A stretch of 64,000 nucleotides of DNA, taken from NCBI GenBank assembly GCA_013265495.1, contig MU058667.1, positions 186,001 to 250,000 on the forward strand, in the 5' to 3' direction. Each line of letters begins with the position of its first letter. The stretch's first letter is position 1. A model generated the notes under the pieces. The model had not been told where the DNA came from and made no database searches. It saw only the letters and a list, made by a program, of their open reading frames with translations. The position numbers and the translations under genes were made by a program. Below are positions 25,861 through 39,800 of the stretch, piece after piece. This stretch comes from Vicugna vicugna (lineage: Eukaryota).

Positions 25861-28849
25861 AAATTTAAATTTTGGTTAGCCTCTAGAATTTGTCCTAATT
25901 TGTTTAATTCTTTTACCAAAGCAGAATTTGTAATCAGCGCACGGAATATACCTTCTGTCTCAGTGCCATCCCCAATTCTCTTGTATCAGTTGTTTTTGGC
26001 AATTGTATGAAGAAACAATATTGTATTAAGGTCTGCTATGAGGCATGCTCTAGTAAATTTTTACTTGTACTAGTGAAAATAATATAATTATCCTTTTAGT
26101 AACATAACTTGCCCTGAATTACATCCTGATATACTTTTTTGAGTGAGAAACAAAGGGGTGAGTTACAGCTAGCATGATGTTAATTACTCATAATCTTGGG
26201 AACACCCATGGGATTGTCAAGTCAAACATCTTAGTGGTCATTATGCAAAAGAGGTTAAAACCACTTTCCAGATGAAAGGTAACCATTTTGTTTATTTATT
26301 AATCATTTTATTTTTATTAAAGTTAGAAATTAAATTATTCCATATATGAAGGTGATTTGTTAAAGTACTGTGCAATTATAGAGTGTTTCAATTTACAGTA
26401 TAAATATAAATCTATTAATTGCTTTGAAAAATAATTATAATTCACAGCTTTATCAGTAGGCTCTTGGCAGCCTTTGTGGCTGCCTCTGTAGAAGTCTGGA
26501 CTATTGTGCCTTTGTACATAAATGTCTATTTTTACATATATGGTAGAGTAAAAATTTTTAATCTTAATTTTATTTCACTTTCATTAAATATTTTATTTAA
26601 TGGTTGATAATTATTCATTCTTTCATTAAAAATGACAGTTTAAATGATCATAATTAAAACAATTACATTATTTAACTTTCTTACAGAAAATTTAGTATAC
26701 TGTATTCTTGTGCTTTTTTTTGAGAAGGAAATTTAGTCCTTGCTAACAGTATATAGATGCAGAAGTGCTATGGGTTTTTTTTCTCATATGGCACAGTATT
26801 TGTTTATATAAACACTTGTGGGAGAAAGGGACTTACTGATTGTACTATTATGAATCTGATGTTTTTAAAAAGGCATATTTTCCATTTTTGGTGTTAAAAA
26901 TTGCTAGTAAAATAAAGTCCCTATGAAGTATATGCATATTTGAAATATGCATATTTGGAACTAGAAAGGCAGCATTACATTTAAAGAAGGCTGGTTTTGA
27001 TTATTAAGTAGGCATGTATACTGTATGTGTTTATAAAATTTATGTATGGATTCTGAATTCTTATTAGGGAACTTTATGATGGAAATAAAAGGCAACAGCA
27101 GTGGCAAACGAATACAGGAAATGGTGAGAAATTGTGGATTTAGTGGGAATGATTAAGAATTGGAATCTATTACATTCTTTTTAAAAACACATACACAAGT
27201 GTAGATTAAAAAAAAGGCTAAGTTCATTTACAATATATTTATTAACAGCCTAAACCTGGTAGACAGCAACATTGATTGAGCAATTTTGGATTTTTTCCAA
27301 CTCCTGTTTACTTTGTTAAAACCATAACAAGGTCTGGTTCCTTTCCACTTAAATAAGACAATGAATTCAATAGTGAGGTACTGGAACATTTATAGGTTGT
27401 TAAATATTTGTTTGGTGTCTGAGGATAATGTTTAGCATTGTGTTCAATTAGGGTGAACCTAGCCAGTTGAAGGGCCAGATTCTTAATGTCGTACTTCAAT
27501 TAATACAAAACATTAAGGGTTCCATTCATCCCAGGTTACTTGCTCCGTGGGTGCCAGCCACACAGTCTCCATGAGCAGGCTTTTCTGGGGACTAATCAAG
27601 ACTCAGAGCCGCCAGGTTTTGTGCCACTAGCATGTCAGTATCTGAAACGTAACTTTTTCTTTTTATGAGCTTCTCTGTTTTTATCCCTAGTCCTCTCTCT
27701 CATTTTGAGTTATGTGTGGACTAGAACTTGTATGATTGTACTCTAGTGTGGTTAGAAATGAGAGCAATTTGGTAGAACACACTGGAAAGTTATAACTATA
27801 AATAAACACACTCAGACAAAGTTTATGCCAGTTTAGAATATTGGTCTTCAGTAGATTGAAATTCCTAGTCAATTAAAGACTGGTAATTTTGGGGCCAGAT
27901 ATCAGTAAAATAATGAAAGTTGGCAAAATTTTTGTTTAGTATTCTCCTACCTTCCTTTTCAGGATATGTGTTCCTATTTCTGTTTTTCTTCAGGTGCCTA
28001 TCCTTGTCAGCTAATTTTTTCATAAGTTTCCTGTGTCCAGAGAGATTTGCAGCTCAATGCAAATATTTGTTAATGAATGAAAAATCCTGAATGTCCAACA
28101 AAACTGAATAATGCAAATGTGGTTTCAGGCACAGTGAGAGGAAATGAAGATCTGTTTTGGAGGTGAGAGGGACTTTCAACATCTCTTAAATCCAAATAGG
28201 CAAATAAGTAAGTTCTCTGACTCTGATCACACTGGGTGTAGAGTATCACTTTGGCTTTTGTGTCTAGTCCCAGTTATTCTCTTGAGTTGGTTAAGTAGAT
28301 AGCAGAGAAATTGCTGTAGATAGTTACAGAATCTAGTAAAATCCTTGGCTTTTAATCTTTTATAATTTCCTGTTAAGAATATTAGAGCTGGAAACAAAAT
28401 TATAGCCCCTCTACACTTTGACAACACCGTTCCTCCTAGTCTTAATTGTGCACGTATATGTACATGCATGTTAGATGTATGATTGCACGTGCACATATAT
28501 GTGTGTACATATTTCCTTCAAACCTTATACTCCTCTGATGCTAGATTTTTGCTCCAGCTGTTTCAACTTTATACTCCTTTTTTTTTTCTTGTAGGTTTCC
28601 ATAACTTGTAAGAACAGAATAGTTAGCACAGCTAATGTCTATGATTTTGCTACTAGGAGAAAGCTAAGGAAATGCTTTTGGTTACTGAGTTCCTACCACA
28701 TGTATGGTACCATTATGTAGGTAGTCAATACATATTTATTGACTAAATTAATAGTTTCATTTTGAAGTTTCATTAGATACTTACAGGACACTTAATGAAC
28801 TTTCTTTTGTTAACTTTGAGAGAAATATTACTAAAAATAATGAGAACTG

Positions 28850-29130
28850 TTATCTGTTGCTGGTAAGAGTGAACATTAATACAACCACTTTAAAAGACAG
28901 TTTGGTACTTTTTAGTGAAGTGGAACAAACACACAGCCTACAATTCATTAATCCATTCTTAACTATGTGCTAGAGAAATTTTTTTCTCTTGTGTAGCAGG
29001 AGAAACCAACAAAAATGTTTTGAGCAGTATATTCATAATTATAAAAACTCAGTTCAAGTCAGGGATCCACAAGCAGTTAAGTCTATCAGCAAATTGTATT
29101 GTATTCATATACTGGAATACTATATGGCAT
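28850..29130 (+). mobile_element. Old L1 (L1ME-like) ORF2-end fragment
   Basis: ttgctggtaagagtgaacattaatacaaccactttaaaagacagtttgg...attcatatactggaatactat. Confidence 0.6.
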
Positions 29131-30354
29131 GGGAGCTTCAAGTTGGGTCTAAAACTTCAATGAATTATTTCTTCCAAATGCCCATGCAGTTTCCTGTTTG
29201 GAAATTAAGCAGCTTTAACTTTATTTTTCTTAAGAGTTATGGCTTGACTCTGAGTATCTGGGTATCTTTCATATCATCTCACTTTCTGATTTTATAATTT
29301 ATAATCTCTACTTTCTTTTAAAAAAACTTATTTGTCTGTAGGTATAGATGAAAGGAACAGCAAGGTTTGTATTATCAGCACAGTTTACTTTTTGTCATAC
29401 GTGTTCCTTACTCTTTTTGTCACAAATACTATAAAACTTTATATTTTTTCTTTGGGTAAAAAATAAGCCCCAAACTAATAAAATATAAATATTTAGGAAA
29501 CTAGTTTATAATTTGCTAGACATCTAGAACTCAGAATATTTCAAGAGTGATAAATAAATGCAGAGTTCCACTTTAAGGTAAAGATTTCATTTTAACAAAT
29601 TTGGAGGCAAGTTCTTCATTGGGTCTATAGATTCGTTTGGATGTTAAGTAGCTGGATACACACCTGCAAGAGACTTAAAGTATAAATACTTAAATTTTTT
29701 CTTAATATTTTGCTTATTTAAAAAAGTTAATTTCAAGGAGTTTTAAGAGTAGCAGTTTCAGGATTCAGTGATGTCATCAAGAGCTTGGGCTATTTAAATC
29801 CTTCCAAAACACCATTTTGGTTTGTTAGCCTTTTGCTTTCATACTTGTCTATAAATTCCATGATAATGATGATGGTGGTAAAGGACATACAGTTTCTATT
29901 TGGTTTTTTCTGGGAAGACCTGGATGAACAGATTGGACAGTAGGATGTAACTCTTTGAAAATAATGTTCTCCTGGTATTTTTGGAAATCATATGAGTGAA
30001 ATTCTGACATCATGGAAAGGGAATGGCCTTCCGTATTTTCATTCCCTCCTTCTGTGTTTGCTCCTCCTTTCCTTACTGTCCTTTTCAGTGGCTGGTAGAG
30101 ACTGGACTGCATATCTGGCTATTACAGTCATTGTTAATGATTCTTAGTACTCTAGTACAGAATGAGTAGTGGTTAGATGTTTTAAATAAATTTAAATTCA
30201 CATTGTCATCTAAGTTCACTCACTTTTTTGGTATTTATTAAATTAATTTGGTTGTATAAAAGGTGCTATTTCTAATTTAGTTTTGTTAGTTTTTTCTTTT
30301 ATTTTTTACCTTGGTATATGACTTCCCATTTTCATTTTAGTTTGAACATATATA

Positions 30355-30740
30355 CTTTTTAAAACTAGACTGAATTTTCAGAGCAGTTTTAGGTTTACAG
30401 AAGACTTGAACAGAGAGTACAGATAGTCCCCATAAGCTCCCTTATTATTAACAACTCCCATTAGTGTGGCACATTTGTTACTGTTGATGAACCTGTACTG
30501 ATACGTTACATTACTATTAACTGAAACCCATAGCTTACATCAGGGTGTACTCTTTGTGTTGTACAGTTCTATGGATTTTGACAAATGTGTAATGTCATAT
30601 ATCCATGATGACAGTAGCATGTACAATAGTTTTCACTGCTGTAAAAATCACGTGGGTTACCTATTCATCAGTCCCTCGCAACCACTGACCTTTTTTTTTT
30701 TGTTTACTATCTTTATACTTTTGTCTTCCCTAGAATGAAA
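30355..30740 (-). mobile_element. Old L1 3' end (L1MD/MC-like), left part of the host of the young L1
   Basis: ttttcagagcagttttaggtttacagaa...tgttgatgaacctgtactgatac...gtacagttctatggattttgacaaatg. Confidence 0.75.
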
Positions 30741-30810
30741 AAGTTGTTGTTTATTTTTTTAGCTATTATTAGAATGTCATCTGGAAAAATAAAGAAAATT
30801 TTACTTTTTT

Positions 30811-33800
30811 TTTAACATTTTTTATTGATTTATAATTATTTTACAATGTTGTGTAAATTCCAGTGTTCAGCACAATTTTTCAGTCATTCATGAACATATA
30901 CACATTTATTGTCACATTTTTTCTCTGTGATTTATCATAACATTTTGTGTATATTTCCCTGTGCTATACAGTGTAATCTTGTTTATCTATTCTACAATTT
31001 TGAAATCCCAGTCTATCCCTTCCCACCCTCTACCCCCCTGGTAACCACAAGTCTGTATTCTCTGTCCATGAGTCTTTAGATTCCACATATGAGCGATCTC
31101 ATATGGTATTTTTCTTTCTCTTTCTGGCTTACTTCACTTAGAATGACATTCTCTAGGAGCATCCATGTTGCTGCAAATGGCGTTATGTTGTCGGTTTTTA
31201 TGGCTGAGTAGTATTCCATTGTATAAATATACCACATCTTCTTTATCCAGTCACCTATTGATGGACATTTAGGCTGTTTCCATGTTTTGGCTATTGTAAA
31301 TAGTGCTGCTATGAACATTGGAGTGCAGGTGTCATCCTGAAGTAGATTTCCTTCTGGATACAAGCCCAGGAGTGGGATTCCTGGGTCATACGGTAAGTCT
31401 ATTCCTAGTCTTTTGAGGAATCTCCACACTGTTTTCCATAGTGGCTGCACCAAACTGCATTCCCACCAGCAGTGTAGGAGGGTTCCCCTTTCTCCACAGC
31501 CTCTCCAGCATTTGTCATTTGTGGATTTTTGAATGACGGCCATTCTGACTGGTGTGAGGTGATACCTCATTGTAGTTTTGATTTGCATTTCTCTGATAAT
31601 TAGTGATATTGAGCATTTTTTCATGTGCTTTTTGATCATTTGTATGTCTTCCTTGGAGAATTGCTTGTTTAGGTCTTCTGCCCATTTTTGGATTGGGTTG
31701 TTTATTTTTTTCTTATTGAGTCGTATGAGCTGCTTATATATTTTGGAGATCAAGCCTTTGTCGGTTTCACTTGCAAAAATTTTCTCCCATTCCGTAGGTT
31801 TTCTTCTTGTTTTATTTCTGGTTTCCTTTGCTCTGCAGAAGCTTGTAAGTTTCATTAGGTCCCATTTGTTTATTCTTGCTTTTATTTCTTCTAGGAGAAA
31901 ATTTTTGAAATGTATGTCAGATAATGTTTTGCCTATGTTTTCCTCTAGGAGGTTTATTGTATCTTGTCTTATGTTTAAGTCTTTAATCCATTTTGAGTTG
32001 ATTTTTGTATATGGTGTAAGGGTGTGTTCTAGCTTCATTGTTTTACATGCTGCTGTCCAGTTTTCCCAACACCATTTGCTGAAGAGACTGTCTTTATTCC
32101 ATTGTATATTCTTGCCTCCTTTGTCGAAGATGAGTTGACCAAAAGTTTGTGGGTTCATTTCTGGGCTCTCTATTCTGTTCCATTGGTCTATATGTCTGTT
32201 TTGGTACCAATACCATGCTGTCTTGATGACTGTAGCTCTATAGTATTGTCTGAAGTCTGGGAGAGTTATTCCTCCAGCCTCTTTCTTTCTCTTCAGTAAT
32301 GCTTTAGCAATTCTAGGTCTTTGATGGTTCCATATAAATTTTATTATGATTTGTTCTAGTTCTGTGAAATATGTCCTGGGTAATTGGATAGGGATTGCAT
32401 TAAATCTGTAGATTGCCTTGGGCAGTGTGACCATTTTAACAATATTGATTCTTCCAATCCAAGAGCATGGAATATCTTTCCATTTTTTAAAGTCTTCTTT
32501 AATTTCCTTCATCAATGGTTTATAGTTTTCTGTGTATAATTCTTTCACCTCCTTGGTTAGATTTATTCCCAGATATTTTATTACTTTGGGTGCTATTTTA
32601 AAGGGGATTGTTTCTTTACTTTCTTTTTCTGTTGATTTATCGTTAGTGTAAAGAAAGGCAACTGATTTTTGAACATTAATTTTGTAACCTGCTACCTTGC
32701 TGAATTCTTCGATCAGCTCTAGTAGCTTTTTTGTGGACCTTTTAGGGTTTTCTATATATAGTAACATGTCGTCAGCATATAATGACACTTTTACCTCTTC
32801 TTTTCCAATTTGGATCCCTTTTATTTCTTTCTCTTGCCTGATTGCTGTGGCTAGGACTTCCAGGACTATATTGAATAGGAGTGGTGATAGTGGGCATCCT
32901 TGTCTTGTCCCAGATTTTAGTGGGAAGCTTTTGAGTTTTTCACCGTTGAGAACTATGCTGGCTATAGGTTTGTCATATATAGCTTTTATTATGTTGAGAT
33001 ATGTTCCCTCTATACCCACTTTGGCGAGAGTTTTTATCATAAATGGGTGTTGAATTTTATCAAATGCTTTTTCTGCATCGATTGAGATGATCATGTGGTT
33101 TTTGTCCTTTCTCTTGTTGATGTGATGTATTACATTGATTGATTTGCGTATGTTGAACCAGCCTTGTGTCCCTGGGATGAACCCCACTTGGTCATGATGT
33201 ATAATCTTTTTTATGTGTTGTTGGATTCTATTTGCTAAAATTTTGGTGAGGATTTTGGCGTCTATGTTCATCAGTGATATTGGCCTATAATTCTCTTTTT
33301 TTGTAGTGTCTTTGCCTGGTTTTGGTATCAGGGTGATGGTGGCTTCATAGAATGAGTTTGGGAGTATTCCCTCCTTTTCAATCGTCTGGAAGAGTTTGAG
33401 AAGGACTGGTATGAGTTCTTCTTTGTATGTTTGGTAGAATTCCCCGGTGAAGCCGTCCGGTCCTGGACTTTTATTTGTAGGGAGGTTTTTAATTGCTATT
33501 TCTATTTCCTTTCTAGTGATCGGATTGTTCAAGTGTTCAGTTTCTTCTTGATTCAGTTTTGGTGGACAGTATGTTTCCAGAAACTTGTCCATCTCCTCTA
33601 GGTTATCCAGTTTGGTTCCATATAGTTTTTCATAATATTCTCGTATGATATTCTGTATTTCTATTTTGTTTGTTGTAATTTCTCCATTTTCCTTTCTTAT
33701 TTTGCTAATTTGTGCTCTCTCTTTTTTCTTCTTTGTGAGTTTGGCCAGAGGTTTGTCGATTTTATTTACTTTTTCAAAAAACCAGCTTTTGGTTTGGTTG

Positions 33801-33870
33801 ATTTTTTCTATGGTCTTGTTAATCTCTATTGTATTTAATTCCTCTCTGATCTTTATTATTTCCTTCCTTC
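30811..33870 (-). mobile_element. Young 5'-truncated LINE-1 (ORF2 C-terminal three-quarters, ~265 nt 3'UTR, short poly-A)
   Basis: Perfect TSD GAAAATTTTACTTTTTT at 30794-30810 and 33871-33887. AATAAA (- strand) at 30821-30826. G-rich 3'UTR tract GGGGGGTAGAGGGTGGGAAGGG (31017-31038, - strand). ORF2 frame is open from the truncation point to the stop. Confidence 0.97.
31076..33868 (-). CDS. Partial L1 ORF2p (Z region, reverse transcriptase and C-terminal CCHC domain; endonuclease missing)
   Basis: ORF track gives 838 aa from an internal Met at 33592. I translated the frame further upstream with no stop ([33 protein letters not shown]...LDNLEE). Motifs: [50 protein letters not shown] (32768-32779), [18 protein letters not shown]. 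Lacks a promoter and EN domain, so not expected to be autonomous. Confidence 0.95.
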   Translation of the reverse strand, partial: RKEIIKIREELNTIEINKTIEKINQTKSWFFEKVNKIDKPLAKLTKKKKERAQISKIRKENGEITTNKIEIQNIIREYYEKLYGTKLDNLEEMDKFLETYCPPKLNQEETEHLNNPITRKEIEIAIKNLPTNKSPGPDGFTGEFYQTYKEELIPVLLKLFQTIEKEGILPNSFYEATITLIPKPGKDTTKKENYRPISLMNIDAKILTKILANRIQQHIKKIIHHDQVGFIPGTQGWFNIRKSINVIHHINKRKDKNHMIISIDAEKAFDKIQHPFMIKTLAKVGIEGTYLNIIKAIYDKPIASIVLNGEKLKSFPLKSGTRQGCPLSPLLFNIVLEVLATAIRQEKEIKGIQIGKEEVKVSLYADDMLLYIENPKRSTKKLLELIEEFSKVAGYKINVQKSVAFLYTNDKSTEKESKETIPFKIAPKVIKYLGINLTKEVKELYTENYKPLMKEIKEDFKKWKDIPCSWIGRINIVKMVTLPKAIYRFNAIPIQLPRTYFTELEQIIIKFIWNHQRPRIAKALLKRKKEAGGITLPDFRQYYRATVIKTAWYWYQNRHIDQWNRIESPEMNPQTFGQLIFDKGGKNIQWNKDSLFSKWCWENWTAACKTMKLEHTLTPYTKINSKWIKDLNIRQDTINLLEENIGKTLSDIHFKNFLLEEIKARINKWDLMKLTSFCRAKETRNKTRRKPTEWEKIFASETDKGLISKIYKQLIRLNKKKINNPIQKWAEDLNKQFSKEDIQMIKKHMKKCSISLIIREMQIKTTMRYHLTPVRMAVIQKSTNDKCWRGCGERGTLLHCWWECSLVQPLWKTVWRFLKRLGIDLPYDPGIPLLGLYPEGNLLQDDTCTPMFIAALFTIAKTWKQPKCPSIGDWIKKMWYIYTMEYYSAIKTDNITPFAATWMLLENVILSEVSQKEKEKYHMRSLICGI

Positions 33871-33887
33871 GAAAATTTTACTTTTTT

Positions 33888-35130
33888 CTTTGCCATCTGG
33901 ATGCCTCATTTCTTTTCCTTGCACTGGCTAGGACTTCCACTATAGTGTTGAATAGAAATCAAGCTGACCTCTTGCCTTGTTCCTGATTTTAGGGGGAATA
34001 TATTTCAATCTTTTCATTCTTAAATATGTTACCTACAGATTTTTTGTAGATACCCCTTTTCCATTTGAGATAGTTCCCTTCTATTCCTAGTTTTTATCAA
34101 AATTTTTATTATCAGGAATAGACTTGATTATGTCAGATTTTTTTTCCATATCTCTAGAGATGATCATGTGGTTTTCTCTTTTAGTTTAGTATGGTGAATT
34201 ACATCGCTTGATGTTTGAATGTTAACTTAACCTTGCATTCTAGACAAAAATCCACTTGGTGTAGTATTCTTTTTATGTATTGGATTCAGTGTGCTCGCAT
34301 TTGGTTAAGCATATTTGTATCTGTGTTCATGGGGGATATGGGTCTGTAATTTTCTTGTAATGTCTTTGTCTGGTTTTTGTTGTTTGAGTAACACTGCCCT
34401 CTTAGAATGAATTAAGAAGCATTCCCTCCTTTTCAAATTTCTGGAAGAGTTTGTGTAGAACTGGAATTATTGCTGCTTTAAATGTTTGTAAGAATTCACC
34501 AGTGAAGCCGCCTGGACCAGGAATTTCCTTTGTGGGAAGATACTTTGCTATTTCAGTTTCTCTTGTGGACGGAGGGCTGTTGAGGCTGTATTTCTTCTTG
34601 TGTGAGCTTTGGTCGCTTGTGCCTTTCAAGCAATTTGTCCATTTCATTTAAGTTGTCTAATTAGCATAAGATTGTTTTTATAGTCTCTGATTATCCTTTT
34701 AACTTCTGAAGACTCTGTAGTGATATTACCTCATTCCTGATAATGGTCATTTGTGCCTTCTCTCTGTTTTCTCCAGAGAATAGTCTGTCTTGGGGAATGT
34801 TTTGTATGGATCCGAAAAGGATGTTTATTCTACTTTGGTTTAGTGCAGTTCTGTATAAATATCAGTGAGGTTAAGCTGATTGATAGTATTCTTCCAGGCT
34901 TGCATCTCGACTGATTTTCTCTCTCCTTTTCCAATCAGTTATTGTAGAGGGGCATTGAAGGCTCTGACTGTAGTTGTGGATTTGTCTTATTTGTCCGTGT
35001 AGTTGTATCAATTTTGACTCATGTTTTGAATATCTGTTTTTAGATTCATAAACATTTAAGTTTATTATGTCATCCTGATGAATTGACCCCTTTATTATTA
35101 TGAAATTTTCTTTTTTATCTCTGGTATTAT
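33888..35130 (-). mobile_element. Old L1 ORF2 remnant (RT/EN region), right of the young L1
   Basis: Degenerate LPTKEIPGPGGFTGEFLQTFK (34402..34647 ORF); gcactggctaggacttccactatagtgttgaatag; EN-end motif tcctgatgaattgacccctttattatt. Confidence 0.8.
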
Positions 35131-36859
35131 ATATCTGTATCTTAAAAAATCACAGGCAAGAGGAATGGGATTAACGTTACTGGTTTAGTTAAGCCAGTAG
35201 CCTTGTGAAAGAAGGTAGATGATCTAAACAAAGTCAGCATTTTGTTAGAATAGAGGAAGGAACTGAAGGAAGCGGGAGAGATGTTGGGTAGTCATCTAAC
35301 AATTATTATATGTGCTAATCCTGCCTATTTAAAAATACTATATATGCTGATTAAGTGAAAGGTCAAATTTAGATGTAATTCTTTATTCCCACTCTTGAAT
35401 TTGAAGTTAGACTCTCAGTTATTAAATTTGACATTATCACCATTTAATGGTTGAGAAAACGCTGAAAGAGTGACTCACCTCTGTTTTTTTTCTTGTTTTG
35501 AAATAGAATTGAAGTCTAACTCTAAACCTCAGCATTTGTGGGTTTATTCTTATTTGTTGTTATCCTTTCTTAATTTGTTTTGATGCTAAGTCTGATAACA
35601 TTGTGGGGGAGAACCCATGCTTTTTGTAAGTTGTATTATGTTCGAAGAGGAAAAGCAGAACATAACATAGTATGTTATTTCATCATGTCACGTTGGATAG
35701 AACATGACAGAATATATATTTACAAAAGTACACTCTTCTTTAGAGCCAGATGACTGCTATCAATTTGGAAACTAACCATCTGCTTATTGTTTAAATTTCT
35801 GGATAACTTAAACCAACCTGCATCTATAAACAGAGGTAACATTCTTTATAGCCTTAAAACCATTGCTAAGGTCCATTATCTCCATATGTAATGCATATTT
35901 CCTGTGTACTGAATGAAAACAGATTATGACTTTTGTGTCGGAAAGGATCAAGTTGATTTCATTAACGTGAAAGTCTCATGAGTTATACTTTCAGCAATTG
36001 AAATTGTTAAAATATAGTTTGGGGCATATTCGTTCACACCTTGGTAAAGCACATATCCCAAAACTATCAGTAAATAAGGGCTTACTAGACATAGTCCAAA
36101 TAACAACTTACTCATTAGCTCTTAATTCTTGGATTTGTTCAGCAATTATTAAGTGTTTCTCAGGTGTTAGGTGCTAGGGGTAAATTGATGAGTGAAGTAT
36201 AACCTACTGTGTAGTGAGAATTTTAGATGAATAAGTAATTGCTATAGTAAGTATCATACTCTAATAAATATTATCAGTATAATATTATAATAAGTATTAC
36301 TTATAGCAAGTATTATAGATTGTTGAGAGGAAAGAAAGATTCAGAAATGACTCAAGTTTCTGCTTGGGCAAACAGTGGATGGAAACACAGGTACAAGAAC
36401 ATTCACCTGCAAGTAAAGGTGAGATTGGTAATGCTTGTTTGCCAGTTGTTCAGTTTCTATATATAGTACTTATTTTCCTGAATTATCAAGTTAAGTGTAT
36501 AATAGGGCAGTGGTTCTTAAATGGTGGTAATGTAGAATTTTGTATGGAATGCAGAGTTTTAATAACAATTCACTCTTCTTGGATCCCTAAGTCTTCCTAT
36601 GACTGTGACATACAGATTATATCTTTTCTAGATTCATCTCTTGCGTTTATTGTTGACTTTAGTATTATTGCTAATTTTCTTCTGCCTGTGCCCCCAGTTT
36701 GTATGAATTTAAGATGAAATCTATTTCTAAAACATGGAAATGTTCTTCCTTACAAGATTTGTCATTAGGGTAGTACCCAGATTCTTTTTAATGGTTGGTG
36801 GTGATTGAATTACCAATTAGTTGGAAACTGCCTTGGGGAGGGGGACAGGTGTGCTTTCT

Positions 36860-39800
36860 TTTTTAAAAAATAGCTTTGTACTTAATGAACATCATCTGTT
36901 TTAAGTATACAGTTTGATGAGTTTTGACAGATGTTTATAGTCATTTGACTACAACCATAATCACACACTCTTCCCTAAAAAAGTGCCTCTGCCTCCTTTG
37001 CAGTCAGGTCTCCCCACCTCCCCCCATGTCTCTCAGGTCCCAAGCAATCACTAATCTGCTGTCACTGTAATTTTGGCTTTTCTGTAATTCATACAAATGG
37101 ACATATGTTTTCATTTCTCTTGGGCAGATACCTAGGGATAAAATTGCTGGGTCTTATTATGGTAAGTGTATGTTTAATTTCATAGGAAGCTGCCCAACTG
37201 TTCTCCAAAGTGACTGTACCATTTTGTCTTTCCATCAGCAACAGATGAGAGTTCTAGTAGCTCCATATTCCCACTATCACTTGCTGTTGTCATTCTTTTT
37301 AGTATTTTAGCCCTTCTTGTGCATGTATAGTGGTATCTCATTATAGTTTTAGTTTGCCTTTCCTTAGAGGTTGATGATATTGAACATCTTTCTGTTGACT
37401 TTTTGCCCATTCATGTATATATGTGTGTTGTGTTTTGTTAGTGTATATGTACATACAAGATACATACACACATATATGCATGCATACATATATATGAATA
37501 TACTATATGTATGTGTGTATGTACCTTTTTTTTGGATGAAGTGTGTTGAAGTATTTTGCTTACTTTAATTTTTTTGGTTATATGTCTTATTTTTGAGTTA
37601 TAAGAGTTGTTTATATACTCTGAATGCAAATGCTTTGTCAGATATATATTTGCAGATATTTTCTGTGAGTGTGGCTTGCTTTTTCATTTTCTCAGTTTAG
37701 TCTTTCAAAGAGCAAAAGGCTTTTAATTTTGATGAAGCACATTTTTATCAATGTATAGTTATCTGATGCTAGGTAACAAACCACACAAAATTTAGTGGCT
37801 AACATTAACAGTAGTATTTACTTTGCATAAATCTGCAGTCTGGGAAGGGCTTGGCCATAATAGCCCATTACTGCCGTACTTAACATTGGCTGGTGCAACT
37901 AGAAAGCTAAAGGCTGGAATCATCTGAAGACTCACTGGCATGAATGGCACCTTGGCTTGGAGTTCTGGAATAGCTGTGTGTTGAAATAGCTGGGGCATCT
38001 CTAGTTTTACAAATCTTCTAGCATGGTGGCTCCAAGGTAGTGGGAGGTGGCTCAGGGCTCCAAAGGTGCATGTCTGGACAAAGTGAAAACACCAGGCAGA
38101 AGCCATTTTGCCCATCATGATTTAACCTTGAAAATGAGCATCACTTTGCCCATTATGTTTAAGGTACAGTTTCATAGGTAGTTTCAAAGGGCAGGGAACA
38201 TATGACAGGGGAAAGGCAGTGTCGCATTATAAGAAGTACATGTGGGATAGTACTTATTACTATGCCCATCTTTGGACAACAGCTGCCGTAATGAATTTTT
38301 TTCTTTAATGTTTTGTTCTTTTTTTCCCTTTGGATGTCATCTTTGCCTAAATCAAATTATAAAGTGTTTCTTTCCAGTGCTATCTTTTTTTTTGGCAGAT
38401 GTTTTATGGTTTGAATGCCAGCATTTAAGTCTGTATTCCATTTTGAATTAATTTGTGTGTTTGGAGTGAAGAGTTGGTTGAAGTTCATATATTTCCATTT
38501 GGAAATTCAATTTTTAAAGCTCCATTGTTGAAAAGACTACTCTCCCCATATACCTTAGTAATTTTGTAGAAAATCAGTTGAACGTACAGGGTGGGTCTGT
38601 ATGTAGGATTGTTTCTCTTTAACCTTAGGAATTTCTTTAGCATTTCCTTTAGAGCAGTTCTGCTGTTAACAGATTCCTAGTTTCCTTTACATGAGAATGT
38701 CTTTATTTTCCCTTCATTCCTGAAGGGTATTTTTGCTGGATATAGAATTCTGGGTTTATAGTTCAAAACCTTTAGAGATATTTTCTCTTCTTGCTTCCAT
38801 GGTTTCTGATAGCAAATCCATAATCATTTTGATAGTTGTTCTACTATGTAATATGTATGGGCTTTTTTTTTTTTTTTGCGGGGGGAGGCTACTTTCATGA
38901 TCCTTTCTTTACATTTGGATTTCAGCGTTTTGTTTATGATCCGTCTGGGTATGGTTTTCTTTGCACATATCTTACTGGGGGTTCATGGAGCTTCTTAAAT
39001 CTGTAAATTTATGTCTTTCACCAAATTTGAGAAGTTTTTAGTTATTATTTCTTTGAGTGTTTTCTCTATATGAACCTGTTTTTCCTCTCTTTCTGGATCT
39101 CTAATAATATGAATGCTAGATCTTTTGTATGCAAGTCTGTGGGGCTCTGCTCATTTATTGTTTGCAACCTTTTTGCTTTTTGTTCTGTAGAATGGATAAT
39201 TCCTATTGATTTATCATCAAGTTCACTGATTTTTTTTTTCCTCTTTCATCTTCATTCTGCTGTTAAGCCCCCAGTCACTGAATTTTTTATTTCACATACT
39301 GTATTTTTTAGTTCTAAAAGTTCTATGTTTTTTAGTTTCTGTTTCTTTGTCAAGAACTTCTCTTTCCAGCCATTGCATGTATGTTTAATCTTACCTCATG
39401 GACTATAGTTATAGTAGCTCCTTCACAGGCCTTGTCTGGTAATTTCAACATCTGATTGTCTTTCCTTTGAGAAGTGGTCATGATTTTTTGTTCTTTGCAG
39501 GTTGAGCAATTTTGGATTGATCCTGGACATTTTGAATATCATGTTGTGAGACTCTGGGTTCTGCTAAATCCTTGGGAGAGTGTTGATCTTGTAAACATTT
39601 ATTATTTTTTATTTATCTTTTTTTTTTCTTTAGGAGTAGGCAGTCACTTGTTAGATTTGGACTGAAAATTCTTTCTCGTCTTCAGTGGGCAGTGGTTCTA
39701 ATGTCGGTTGCCTTTCCTGCGCTGCTTTGTGTCTCTCCTGTCTGTGCGCCCCTCATGGGCTATTCTAGGAGTTGGGTGTCAGTTTTAGTTGTAGTTTTGC

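Noticed and set aside
31578..33986. Plus-strand ORFs of 186, 65, 118 and 113 aa
   Set aside because: Antisense shadows of the intact L1 ORF2, a common artefact.
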